The position numbers and the translations under genes are program-made. The notes below the pieces were generated by a model. That model did no database searches and was not told where the DNA came from. It saw nothing but the letters and a program-made list of their open reading frames with translations. 32,000 bases of DNA from Sulfolobus acidocaldarius DSM 639 (lineage in GTDB: Archaea > Thermoproteota > Thermoprotei_A > Sulfolobales > Sulfolobaceae), in assembly GCF_000012285.1 (NCBI RefSeq), contig NC_007181.1, positions 1,440,001-1,472,000 on the forward strand, given 5' to 3'. Positions 7,463 to 16,410 of this stretch are shown one piece after another. How positions within the stretch are numbered: position 1 is the first letter of the stretch; every line of letters begins with the position of its first letter.

Positions 7463-8230
7463 GTGGATTTAAAAAAGAGAGCTGTCATAATAACATTGCT
7501 TTTACTTGTAAGCCTTTTAGCTTACGCCTTAGCTAAAAGTACGGGTTATTCTGTCTTAATCCTCTCTACGACCTCAGCTTTATCATTCTGGTCCGCAATA
7601 CTTCTGTTAATTCCTAAGAGGTTTTATAATTCCACATTCTTTAGCTTGAGAAAGGGGAAGGCATACTGGATTACTCTCTCCTCTTACTTAATATTTCACT
7701 CCATTCTCTATGGTACTTTCCTAACAGTACTCTTAGGTTATGTGGGCTTCTATCCCTATTTCAGTTGGGGTGTGGGGTTTGCTGTTCCTCCTTCGCCCGA
7801 ATATTTCATTTATTGGGTAGCCTCTAGTCCAGCGTTTTGGATGTTTATAGGTCCTTATGAGAGTGACATACTACCATTCACGTTGGTAATTGGTGTCATA
7901 CTTGGATTGCTCCTCAGTGCAAACGTTCAGAGTATTGTGGAACTAAGTAGAAATGTAAGTGTGTCAAGAAGTAGAATTTCTTCCTCTATCGTCGCTATAC
8001 CAACGCTCGGTGTCATATCTGGTACAGCGTGTTGTATCTCCCTCCCAACAATAATCCTCCTGTATGTTTCACTGTCAATAGGTGCAGTTACCTCAATTCT
8101 GCCTATACTCTCATCTCCGGTCTACTTCAACTTTGTGTATTTTGGTTTGCCTATTTTATCTAGCGTAATTCTGTATTACAACCTTTTGGAACTTAGGAGG
8201 ATAAACAGAAAGGTATGTGAATTGAAGTGA
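7463..8230 (+). CDS. Polytopic membrane protein of unknown function
   Basis: GTG start. Multiple hydrophobic helices, an intramembrane GTACCISLP motif, and a basic C-terminal tail. No family recognised. Confidence 0.6.
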   Translation: MDLKKRAVIITLLLLVSLLAYALAKSTGYSVLILSTTSALSFWSAILLLIPKRFYNSTFFSLRKGKAYWITLSSYLIFHSILYGTFLTVLLGYVGFYPYFSWGVGFAVPPSPEYFIYWVASSPAFWMFIGPYESDILPFTLVIGVILGLLLSANVQSIVELSRNVSVSRSRISSSIVAIPTLGVISGTACCISLPTIILLYVSLSIGAVTSILPILSSPVYFNFVYFGLPILSSVILYYNLLELRRINRKVCELK

Positions 8231-8373
8231 AATTCAAGTTGTGGGGGAGGGCTTAGCTGACTTCCTCTATACCCTAAAGGGCTAGACTTTCCTCACCATG
8301 TGGAAAAAAGTTTTAGTCTATTAAAATAGACTGAATCATAGTGTGAGATTAAAAAAGTTAGAGCGAACATGGA

Positions 8374-9369
8374 TCATTTATTTCCTATGAATATCCTACC
8401 GTCCCTATCCTCATTAAATAAGGACTTTACTGCTTCTACACCGTCTTTCAGATCAAATATCTTCCAAGTCTTGACCTTACAGTCCTTGCATAACTCCAGT
8501 AATTCCACAAAATCTTTTCTATTACCCCTGTTGACTCCCAGAATGCTTATGTGCTTTGAGTAGAGCTGAGACAGGTTTACTTTTACCTCAGCTCCTAGGA
8601 GTGTCCCAAAGGTCACTAATTTCCCCCTTATTCCCACAACTGAGAAACTCTTCTCCCAGAATTTCTCTCCTAGTGAGTTAACTACCACATCAGCCATCTT
8701 TCCGTTGGTTACCTCCTTCACTTTCTCCTCAACTTCATTATAGTCTACTACTAGGTCAGCCCCAAAGTCCTTGAGCCATTTCTTTCTACTAACTGCTACT
8801 ACTTTAGCTCCAAATTTCTTAGCTAACTGTACTATAAAAATCCCTGTATTTCCCGAGGCACCAAACACTACAACTGTTTCACCTGGTCTCAGGTTAGCTT
8901 CCTTTAGAGAGTGGTATGCTGTAAGCCCTGCTACTGTTAGGCTTGCACCAAGTTCCCATGAATAACTCTCTGGAAGTCTGAACACATACTTCTCTTCCAG
9001 TGAGATATATTCAGCAAACCCACCATTAGCGTCTACCCCCACTCTTCCTCCACTTCTACAGACAGTCTCATAGCCTGACATACACATGTCACAGGTACCG
9101 TCGAATATCCTTCCATATATTGTGACTCTGTCACCTGGTCTTACACTCCTAACATGTTCTCCGACTTTAACCACTTCTCCTGCAAACTCTACTCCAGGTA
9201 TGTGGGGGATCGGATTTACCTTTAATGCCTCTATTGTGTAGTAATCTACAGGATTGACCCCTGCCAACTTAACTTTGATTAACACGTCGTGTTGTCCTAC
9301 TGAGGGGTCTTTGTAGTCAACATACTTTAGGTTATTTAAACCGTTCTTATCAAAAGCTAAAGCCTTCAA
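8374..9369 (-). CDS. Zinc-type alcohol dehydrogenase / MDR-family NAD(P)-dependent oxidoreductase
   Basis: GroES-like N-domain with HIPGVEFAGEV, a Cys cluster CDMCMSGYETVC, and the Rossmann motif VFGASGNTG. Confidence 0.85.
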   Translation of the reverse strand: MKALAFDKNGLNNLKYVDYKDPSVGQHDVLIKVKLAGVNPVDYYTIEALKVNPIPHIPGVEFAGEVVKVGEHVRSVRPGDRVTIYGRIFDGTCDMCMSGYETVCRSGGRVGVDANGGFAEYISLEEKYVFRLPESYSWELGASLTVAGLTAYHSLKEANLRPGETVVVFGASGNTGIFIVQLAKKFGAKVVAVSRKKWLKDFGADLVVDYNEVEEKVKEVTNGKMADVVVNSLGEKFWEKSFSVVGIRGKLVTFGTLLGAEVKVNLSQLYSKHISILGVNRGNRKDFVELLELCKDCKVKTWKIFDLKDGVEAVKSLFNEDRDGRIFIGNK

Positions 9370-9389
9370 ATTTGTTCCCCTCTAAACTA

Positions 9390-10328
9390 TTAGGTTTCAA
9401 AGTGTTTAAGAATTACTCTCATTGCGTTTTTCCATAATACTTCCTCACTATGTCCATCTAGCATATCAGATAATTCCCTTAACTTCATAACGTTCTCAAA
9501 TCCCTCAGGGACTTTTTGAATCCCCAAGAAGTCTGTCCCTATGGCTACGTATTCCCATCCAAAGGACTCACCAATGTACTTTATGTTTTCCACTAGACCA
9601 TTAATTGTTGGTTCCCTAAGTGTCTCAACTATCGCTGTGACTCCTATAACACCATTCGTCTTTACTATAGCCTCTATTTCCTCGTCGTCTAAGTTTCTTC
9701 TATGGTCCTTAAGCTTTCTGGCGTTGCCGTGTGACACTATTATTGGTCTTTTACTTATTGAGGCTACGTCCAGTAGAGTCCTTTTTCCGGCATGGGCTAA
9801 GTCAATTATTATTCCCAGTGAGTTTGCTGTCTTGACTAATTCTTCTCCCTCATCTGTCAACCCATAGTCTTTGTTAGACATGCACGATGAGGCAAACTTG
9901 TTATCATAATTCCACGTTAGTCCCAGGTTATATACGTGCAGTTCCTTAAGTAGGTAGATATCCTCGTAGTCTCTTAGTACGTCTGCTCCCTCTAAAGATA
10001 GGAGTACCTTTATTCCTGGTTTCTCTAAGTCCTCCTTTCTTCTCACAAGTGTGATGTAACCTCTCCTGTCGAGATAGTAGTAGAATTTGACTTGGTCAAG
10101 AAATAGGGAAAAAGAGAAAGATGTTCCCCTGGTGGGTCTACCGTAAAGGTTACTCAGCTTATGACTCTTATCGTTAAGTGTGTCAATATGGGGGAATATT
10201 GAGCCAAAAATTAAACTGTCGAAGTTACGTAGCATCTTTATACTTGACTGCTTTTGTTCCTCTTCAATCACATCTCTTCCCATTTGGTTTGAATATGCAA
10301 GGTCTTGGTGTAGATCTACTATCTTCAT
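9390..10328 (-). CDS. Membrane-dipeptidase-like metallopeptidase (peptidase M19 family)
   Basis: Motifs VDLHQD, LSLEGAD, DLAHAG, SHGNARKLKDHRRNLDDEEI and IGTDFLG parallel the M19 renal dipeptidase signature blocks. Confidence 0.7.
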   Translation of the reverse strand: MKIVDLHQDLAYSNQMGRDVIEEEQKQSSIKMLRNFDSLIFGSIFPHIDTLNDKSHKLSNLYGRPTRGTSFSFSLFLDQVKFYYYLDRRGYITLVRRKEDLEKPGIKVLLSLEGADVLRDYEDIYLLKELHVYNLGLTWNYDNKFASSCMSNKDYGLTDEGEELVKTANSLGIIIDLAHAGKRTLLDVASISKRPIIVSHGNARKLKDHRRNLDDEEIEAIVKTNGVIGVTAIVETLREPTINGLVENIKYIGESFGWEYVAIGTDFLGIQKVPEGFENVMKLRELSDMLDGHSEEVLWKNAMRVILKHFET

Positions 10329-10415
10329 ATTTATATGAACTCCGAAAGGAATATATTTTTTCAGCCAAGTTTATGGAGTAAAATGTTTATAAGTTTTAAT
10401 TAATTAATTTATCAT

Positions 10416-10697
10416 ATGGACGAATTCAACAAAAAAGAAATTAATAATGAACTTAGGGTCATGAGATTTCAGGTATTTGATGTGGAGTGTGGTAATTGCG
10501 TGTATAAAATTAAGAGAGCCTTGGCTACCCTACCTGATGTCGTGGATATAAATATTACTCCAGATTTTGACAATTCCAAGGCTGTTGTTATTTTAAGGTA
10601 TAAAGGTAACCTTGACAAAAGAGAAATAGAGGAGATTCTGAAGGAAATTTCAGAGGAGTCTCCTTATCATGAGTATAAGGCAGTGTGGGAGAGCTAA
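10416..10697 (+). CDS. Small heavy-metal-associated (HMA)-like CxxC protein, putative metallochaperone
   Basis: MRFQVFDVECGNCVYKIKRALATLPDV...AVVILRY follows the beta-alpha-beta-beta-alpha-beta HMA pattern, with CGNC at the usual MxCxxC position. Confidence 0.55.
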   Translation: MDEFNKKEINNELRVMRFQVFDVECGNCVYKIKRALATLPDVVDINITPDFDNSKAVVILRYKGNLDKREIEEILKEISEESPYHEYKAVWES

Positions 10698-11040
10698 CCT
10701 AAGGGACATAGCCCAGTAGAAGTATTTGCAGAGGATGTTATAGGTTCAGGGAAGAGTGTTTTCATCAAACTTAATTTTACCCCTTATGCCCTTTTAACGA
10801 AATAGAGGTTTTGTTAAATTACCTGGAAATTGGTGAGAGATACGTGCCTATTCGTTGGCTGGTAATGGGTAAAGCTGATCCATAAGTTTTCTCTTGTAAC
10901 TAAAAATGTCTAAGCATTTTGCTTTGATTTTCTATTTTTAATCTCAATGTAGATTAAGGAAATTCCGAAATGATCAGTTAGACTATACTCCGTTAGTTGA
11001 AAGTAGATTTAAAATTCTTTCTGAGTAAGATATTTTGAAA

Positions 11041-11967
11041 ATGTTATTGTTCTGGGTCGAATTCATAGGTACCTTTATTGGTCTCTTTATCTCAGCAGAG
11101 CTGATCGCTAAAGGTGCCGATGAGTTAGAGGAAGTATTGGGTCAAGGGATTACGGGTGGTATACTTTTAGGGTTTATAACCGCACTTCCTGAGACAATAT
11201 TTGTTATAATAGCCTCTCTTGGGGGTAGTCTTGACGTAGCCTTTGGTTCAGCCATAGGGGGCAATATATTGTTGTTCACTGTGGGAGCGGGTCTGGTGGG
11301 AATTGTTTATTTTTGGAAGTGGAAAAACAACTTGGTAATGGACCAGGAGTACCAGGTGGAGAATAAATTTTTGATAATTAGTACAGTAGCTCTAGTTTTA
11401 ATCACTCTTTACTCTAAGCTAAATGTGATAGCTGGGGTCTGTCTAATTTTGATCTATGTTTACTACGTAATATATAGGCTGAGGAAATTCAAGAGGGATA
11501 AACCGATTGCAAAAAAGGAGGTTGACTACGTTAAAATCTCAATTTTCATGGTGGTTGGGGCTATATTACTCATCATACTATCACATTATTTCGTGGAACA
11601 ATTAGACCAGATTTCCCTCAGTTTTGGTATTCCCGCTGTCTGGATATCTCTAGTTTTGTCCCCTATAGCAGGTGAATTAGAGGAGAAGATCTCTGCATTT
11701 AGGCTTATAACACTCTCAAAGAAAGGAGGTTCCCTGTCGCTTTTGAGTTTTGTAGGTAGTAAGATAGAAAATAATACAGTCCTTCTAGGTATCATAGGAT
11801 TATTTGGAGACTACAGTTTACGCCCAGTTATTCCAGAGATGGTATCATTGATTCTGGTTAATGTTTCTGTCTTACGTGTGCTCTTTGATAGGAAATTAAC
11901 TGTTTTGGAATCGTCTTTACTAATAATTGCATATGCTGTTATAATTATTGCACTTTATTACTTGTAG
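11041..11967 (+). CDS. Ca2+/cation antiporter (CaCA, sodium/calcium exchanger family) membrane protein
   Basis: Alpha-repeat-like GSAIGGNILLFTVGAG and ALPETIFVIIAS in the first half, with a second hydrophobic half after a basic loop. The track start at TTG 11035 is an alternative. Confidence 0.7.
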   Translation: MLLFWVEFIGTFIGLFISAELIAKGADELEEVLGQGITGGILLGFITALPETIFVIIASLGGSLDVAFGSAIGGNILLFTVGAGLVGIVYFWKWKNNLVMDQEYQVENKFLIISTVALVLITLYSKLNVIAGVCLILIYVYYVIYRLRKFKRDKPIAKKEVDYVKISIFMVVGAILLIILSHYFVEQLDQISLSFGIPAVWISLVLSPIAGELEEKISAFRLITLSKKGGSLSLLSFVGSKIENNTVLLGIIGLFGDYSLRPVIPEMVSLILVNVSVLRVLFDRKLTVLESSLLIIAYAVIIIALYYL

Positions 11968-12063
11968 GAGCAAAATATTCTAAGCTGTAGGATTCTCCTA
12001 AGTCTGGTTAAAGGTAATATGATATCTCTTACCTAAAACATTATATATAAAAGTATATAAGAT

Positions 12064-13305
12064 ATGGAAAGTAGTAGTGTATCAAAAATGAGTATAATTG
12101 GCGCGCCAAGGTCTTCTAGGAAGGTTCTTACACTTACTGTGAAGGGTCTCCCCCCTGACGTTTTGACGAAAGTGGTAGTTAATGGATTACCATACTACCT
12201 TTCAAATGAGACTGTCACTTTTATAGAACCTATAATTTGGAAAGCCTCAAAGGTCATAAAGAAGAACAAGGTTTATGAACCTATCCAAAGCGAAGGTAGT
12301 GCTTCCCCTCCTGATAATGCTGAAATAGTTTATAGGGAGACCAGCACAATCCCTGAGTACTGGTTAGAGAAGAAAATTGGTGGGAAATATAAAATAAGCA
12401 AAATTTTGGGTAGTGGTGGAGCAGGCTATGTTATGCTGGCTGAGGATAAGCAGGCTAATAAGTTAGCAGTAAAGATCTACAGGCTCGAGAGCGAAAACCA
12501 GGGCGAGACTGCTCTATTCAGAGATTCCATGATAGAGTTAGCAAACAATATAAACAAGATATCTAAGTTAGACCACCCCAAACTTATAAAATTCTATGAT
12601 GTGAATGTGAATCTAGAAGTTATCAAGAGTTATTTTAAAGGCATAACTTATTTGTATCTTAAGGATCCCCCCTATGTTGCAATGGAGTATATGGGCAATG
12701 GAACTGTTAAGGACTTACTTTTGAGGGATGAATACTTCTACTCTGTGAGGTGGAAGAAACTTGTATACAGAATAATATTCCAGGTTGCGAGGGGACTATT
12801 GTACCTCCACTCGGAGGGTTATGTCCATTTAGATGTAAAACCCTCAAATATATTCATTGAGTCTGTAAAAGGTGACGATATAAGGGTTAAACTTGGAGAT
12901 TTAGATTCAATGAAAAGAGTTGGTCAATCGATACTTGAAATTACACCAGAGTATGCGCCACCTGAGCAATTGCAGGCTCACTATACTAAGGAGGGTGCTA
13001 GACCCACAATGGACATATTCTCTCTGGGAATAACATTTTATGAGCTACTGACAAGGAAGAAAAGGCAACCTAATTATCTTGTATCTGCTCTGGAAGCTCT
13101 ATCTAAGGGTAATCATGACGAGGCTAAGAAATTAATTAATGATGATATAATTTACCTTTCAACTTGGAATATTGATTCGATTGATGATGATAAGATTAAG
13201 GACTTGATCCAACGAATGGTAAGTCCAGACCCTAAGTCTAGACCTACAGCAAAGGAAATAGTGTATGAACTTGATGACTTATTACAAAGAGCAGAGAAGA
13301 AATGA
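12064..13305 (+). CDS. Hanks-type (eukaryotic-like) Ser/Thr protein kinase with a roughly 100-aa N-terminal extension
   Basis: GSGGAGYV (G-loop), AVKIY (VAIK Lys), HLDVKPSNIF (catalytic loop), LGDLDS (DFG position), APPE (APE position). Confidence 0.85.
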   Translation: MESSSVSKMSIIGAPRSSRKVLTLTVKGLPPDVLTKVVVNGLPYYLSNETVTFIEPIIWKASKVIKKNKVYEPIQSEGSASPPDNAEIVYRETSTIPEYWLEKKIGGKYKISKILGSGGAGYVMLAEDKQANKLAVKIYRLESENQGETALFRDSMIELANNINKISKLDHPKLIKFYDVNVNLEVIKSYFKGITYLYLKDPPYVAMEYMGNGTVKDLLLRDEYFYSVRWKKLVYRIIFQVARGLLYLHSEGYVHLDVKPSNIFIESVKGDDIRVKLGDLDSMKRVGQSILEITPEYAPPEQLQAHYTKEGARPTMDIFSLGITFYELLTRKKRQPNYLVSALEALSKGNHDEAKKLINDDIIYLSTWNIDSIDDDKIKDLIQRMVSPDPKSRPTAKEIVYELDDLLQRAEKK

Positions 13306-13604
13306 TGAGATGAATTTACAGGAACTATTAAAAAGGAAAATCGGATTGATTTAAACTTTATCTAAACTTTAGATTAAGAGAGATTTTAATGAGCTAATAT
13401 AGGTTAAAAATGGTGTTAGGTTAATACAAAAAGTTCAATTCACTATAGAATACACATTGGACTGGTTTAGTCTTATCTGATTTTATCTTGATTTATTCTT
13501 CTGAAGAGTATTCAATAATACGTAGAATATGAGCCTTGAGATAAGAGTGTTTGACCTAATTGATGCAAAAACTTAAAGTGATAGGATAACATACATTATC
13601 ACAT

Positions 13605-13901
13605 GTGAGTAGCGAGGAGGAGATTATTAAGAAGATAATGGGGAGCCCAAAGCTTTTAGATACCCTGGCGGGCAAAATTTTTGAGAAGATAAAGGACCAT
13701 GTGGTTATCAAGAGAATTGAGGAACTTGAAAAAGTAACTGAGGAACTTGTAGAGAGTATAAAGGACATTAAGAAAGTATCACAGAATAACACGGATCAGA
13801 TTTCTCTTGTTCGAGAAAGTCAGCAAAGGATATTGAAAGAGTTGGGGGAGATAAAGGAGAATAAAAGAGTATTTGGGAGAGTATTGAGAAGATCAACTTG
13901 A
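13605..13901 (+). CDS. Coiled-coil N-terminal part of a split gene (DUF3782-like, from memory)
   Basis: Heptad-like, E/K/I-rich sequence. The ORF ends at TGA 13899-13901, while the -1 frame is already open from 13865. Confidence 0.5.
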   Translation: MSSEEEIIKKIMGSPKLLDTLAGKIFEKIKDHVVIKRIEELEKVTEELVESIKDIKKVSQNNTDQISLVRESQQRILKELGEIKENKRVFGRVLRRST

Positions 13902-14347
13902 ATATTCAAGGATTACAAGAGGAAAACAGAAAGACATGGAAAGAAATTCAAAAATTAAACGTTGCCTTCTCCTCATATACTTCTAGGGGAGGTCATTATA
14001 TAGAGAAAACAATAATGGAGTTGTATAAGGAGGCTCTAGAGATACATGGCATAGATCCTTCAAAGGTTAAACACGGGTATATTGAGGATAAGCTTGGAGT
14101 GGTATCTAGAGGCAGAAAATATGAGGTTGACTTTTATGAGACAAATGATCACATATACCTCTTCGAGATCAAGAATTTAGCTGATGAAGGAGCCATAGAA
14201 CAACTTGAGACAAGGGAGAAAATATCTGTGTCACTGTATAACAAGCCTGTAAAGAAATCTTTAGTAACTAACTCTACGGAGAAGGAAATAAAGGGGCAGG
14301 CTGAAAATTCAGGTATTATTGTAGTTGCTGGGATAGTTGTGGAATGA
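13898..14347 (+). CDS. PD-(D/E)xK nuclease-fold-like C-terminal part of the split gene (PDDEXK_10/DUF1626-like, from memory)
   Basis: YEVDFYETNDHIYLFEIK gives a D...E-x-K motif. The frame is open upstream to 13865, where KSIWESIEKINLNIQGLQEENRK continues the coiled coil of the previous ORF. The only available start is a TTG. Confidence 0.5.
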   Translation: MNIQGLQEENRKTWKEIQKLNVAFSSYTSRGGHYIEKTIMELYKEALEIHGIDPSKVKHGYIEDKLGVVSRGRKYEVDFYETNDHIYLFEIKNLADEGAIEQLETREKISVSLYNKPVKKSLVTNSTEKEIKGQAENSGIIVVAGIVVE

Positions 14348-14359
14348 AATTCTTAATAA

Positions 14360-14380
14360 AGAGGATGTTTCTAATCCTCT
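14360..14380 (+). terminator. Hairpin (7-bp stem AGAGGAT/ATCCTCT, 7-nt loop) 13 nt after the stop at 14347
   Basis: Perfect inverted repeat read directly from the sequence. A terminator role is inference only. Confidence 0.25.
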
Positions 14381-14539
14381 ACATGGTTTAAATTAGTTCA
14401 TAATATCAAACAGTGTTTTTCGACCTATGTAAAGACCTTCAAACAGTAATTCGGAGCTCTTTGGTCATTGATTATATAGTCATGTAAGTTATTTCACACA
14501 TAGTATACAAAAATTAAGGAAAAATCTTTCAACGCTCTC

Positions 14540-15670
14540 TCAAGTCCTCTCCTTGTACACTTTCTTTACAGAGGATTTACTGAGGACCACACTGAGTAGG
14601 GAGAATACACCCACTAATCCTAGGATAATCACGTAAATCTCGGAAGCTATAAGACCTATCGTGTAAACAAGTGCAAATACACTACTTCCTAAAACTCCTC
14701 CTATAGCCTTTCCTGTATATAATATTCCACTATTAACTGTCGAAAACTTAGTCCCAAAAATTTCCCCAGATATATTGAAGTATAGTGTTATTATTGACCC
14801 ACCTGCAAAACCTACAAGTATTGTTGATAAAGCTAATTGGTTAAATAGGAGCATAAATGCGCCAAAAGTTAACACGACATTCAGTAATAACGCTGTTCTA
14901 ACCAGACCTATCCTATCTCCAACATATCCAAAGATAGGTCTCAGTCCTCCACTTAGTAATGGTAATATGGAAACCAATGTAATTAACTCCTGTTTAGGTA
15001 GACCTTTCCCCAGAACTGATAATTGGGAAGAGAGCACACTAAGTACTGCTGTCGCACCAATAAACGAGATGTAAATTAACCAAAACCTCATATCTATTAT
15101 TGTCTCTCTAGGTGGTTGTCCCTTTAGAGTCTTTGGATATTCTGAAATCCATAATAGTATAGGTAATAGGACAATCTCAACTAGTCCAATAGTTAAGGTA
15201 ACAGTCTTGTAATTACCAACTAAAGATATGAATGGGTTAGCAACAGCTGATCCTATTCCAAATCCCATGGAAACTATACCCGTAGCAAATGCCATTTTGT
15301 CCGTGAACCATTTCATTGCTAAGTTTGCAGCTATACCGTAGAGTATACCTTCTCCTATACTCCCTAATGTCCAAAATACATAAAACACATAAATGTTAGG
15401 TGAAAAATAAGTTCCAAGAAACCCTAGAGCTGATAAAATTGCCGAGATCACTCCTATCTTTCGTGGTCCTTGTTTATCCGCAAAGTGACCTCCCAAAGGT
15501 TGGAACATTGAAGAGAAGAACGAGAAAAGCGTAAAACCTAAAGATAATTGAATGATACTTTGTGTTAGTCCTTTCTCAAGCAAAGGCTCAAGTGCGTTCC
15601 ATGAGTACTGGTATAAGGAGTTGAAACTCATTACGATAAAGCCAATTATCACGAACTTATTCCTGTTCAT
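14540..15670 (-). CDS. MFS transporter (oxalate/formate-antiporter-like subfamily)
   Basis: About 12 TM helices and an N-terminal pattern SLYQYSWNAL...GGHFADKQGPRK typical of OFA-type MFS proteins. Confidence 0.75.
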   Translation of the reverse strand: MNRNKFVIIGFIVMSFNSLYQYSWNALEPLLEKGLTQSIIQLSLGFTLFSFFSSMFQPLGGHFADKQGPRKIGVISAILSALGFLGTYFSPNIYVFYVFWTLGSIGEGILYGIAANLAMKWFTDKMAFATGIVSMGFGIGSAVANPFISLVGNYKTVTLTIGLVEIVLLPILLWISEYPKTLKGQPPRETIIDMRFWLIYISFIGATAVLSVLSSQLSVLGKGLPKQELITLVSILPLLSGGLRPIFGYVGDRIGLVRTALLLNVVLTFGAFMLLFNQLALSTILVGFAGGSIITLYFNISGEIFGTKFSTVNSGILYTGKAIGGVLGSSVFALVYTIGLIASEIYVIILGLVGVFSLLSVVLSKSSVKKVYKERT

Positions 15671-15693
15671 AAAAGTCGATTAAATGATAGAAT

Positions 15694-16410
15694 CTAAAAA
15701 GCTTTTTTCATCAGCAGTGAGCTCAAGAACGAGAACAGAAATCCTATGACTACTGTTCCGCCAAACCATGCTAAAGAGATTGGGTTACCCACTAGAGCAA
15801 AGTAGGTGGATTGGGATACGTAAGTTGTAGGTTCTAGATAAGCTAAGTATCTAAATGGAAGTGGTATCTGTGTCAATGGGAAATAAACTGGTGCAAAGAA
15901 GGATAGGATAAATCCTATAATTGATGACCACTGATTTACTGCATGTAAGTTCCTTATTGCAGTCCCTATCAACAATCCTACCATTGATGCCATATATATT
16001 GATCCTATTATAGACAAGACGAAGAAGAGTGCTGAACTTATTCTTACGCCCAATAGAAAATATCCTAGGACTAGAAAGACAGGTATCAACATTAGAGTTT
16101 GAATACCATTAGATATGGTTATACTTATAGCGTAAAGTTGTATGGGTATACCACTGGCAATCATTAATGAAAACCTTCCACTGCTCCTCTCTAGGGCTAG
16201 ATTCTGTGCAACGGATATAATGCTGTTAATGGATATGAAGAATGTTATTGATCCAGATATCAAGTATGTGGACAAAGTCCTCTGTATAATTGTACCAAAG
16301 GAGAATATGAATCCTAACGGAAATAGAATGGAGAAGAAAATAAATACAGGCAAGTAAGCCTTAATCATTTTGAATTGCATAAATAAGAGGTTAATGAACT
16401 CCCTGAACAC
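15694..16410 (-). CDS. ABC-2 type transporter permease
   Basis: Six-TM hydrophobic protein. It overlaps the upstream ABC ATPase gene by 20 nt. Confidence 0.75.
   Translation of the reverse strand: MFREFINLLFMQFKMIKAYLPVFIFFSILFPLGFIFSFGTIIQRTLSTYLISGSITFFISINSIISVAQNLALERSSGRFSLMIASGIPIQLYAISITISNGIQTLMLIPVFLVLGYFLLGVRISSALFFVLSIIGSIYMASMVGLLIGTAIRNLHAVNQWSSIIGFILSFFAPVYFPLTQIPLPFRYLAYLEPTTYVSQSTYFALVGNPISLAWFGGTVVIGFLFSFLSSLLMKKAF

Noticed and set aside
7463-8230. An intramembrane vicinal Cys pair (GTACCISLP) suggested a MerT/MerC-like mercury transporter.
   Set aside because: The gene is 19 kb from the mer module, is larger than MerT/MerC, and shows no other shared motif. It is kept as an unknown membrane protein.
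13299-13360. ATGATGA (C-box-like) at the kinase stop codon, suggesting a C/D-box sRNA.
   Set aside because: No CTGA D or D' box and no C' box lie at the expected 12-nt guide spacing within the next 60 nt. The match is explained by the tandem TGA-TGA stop region.
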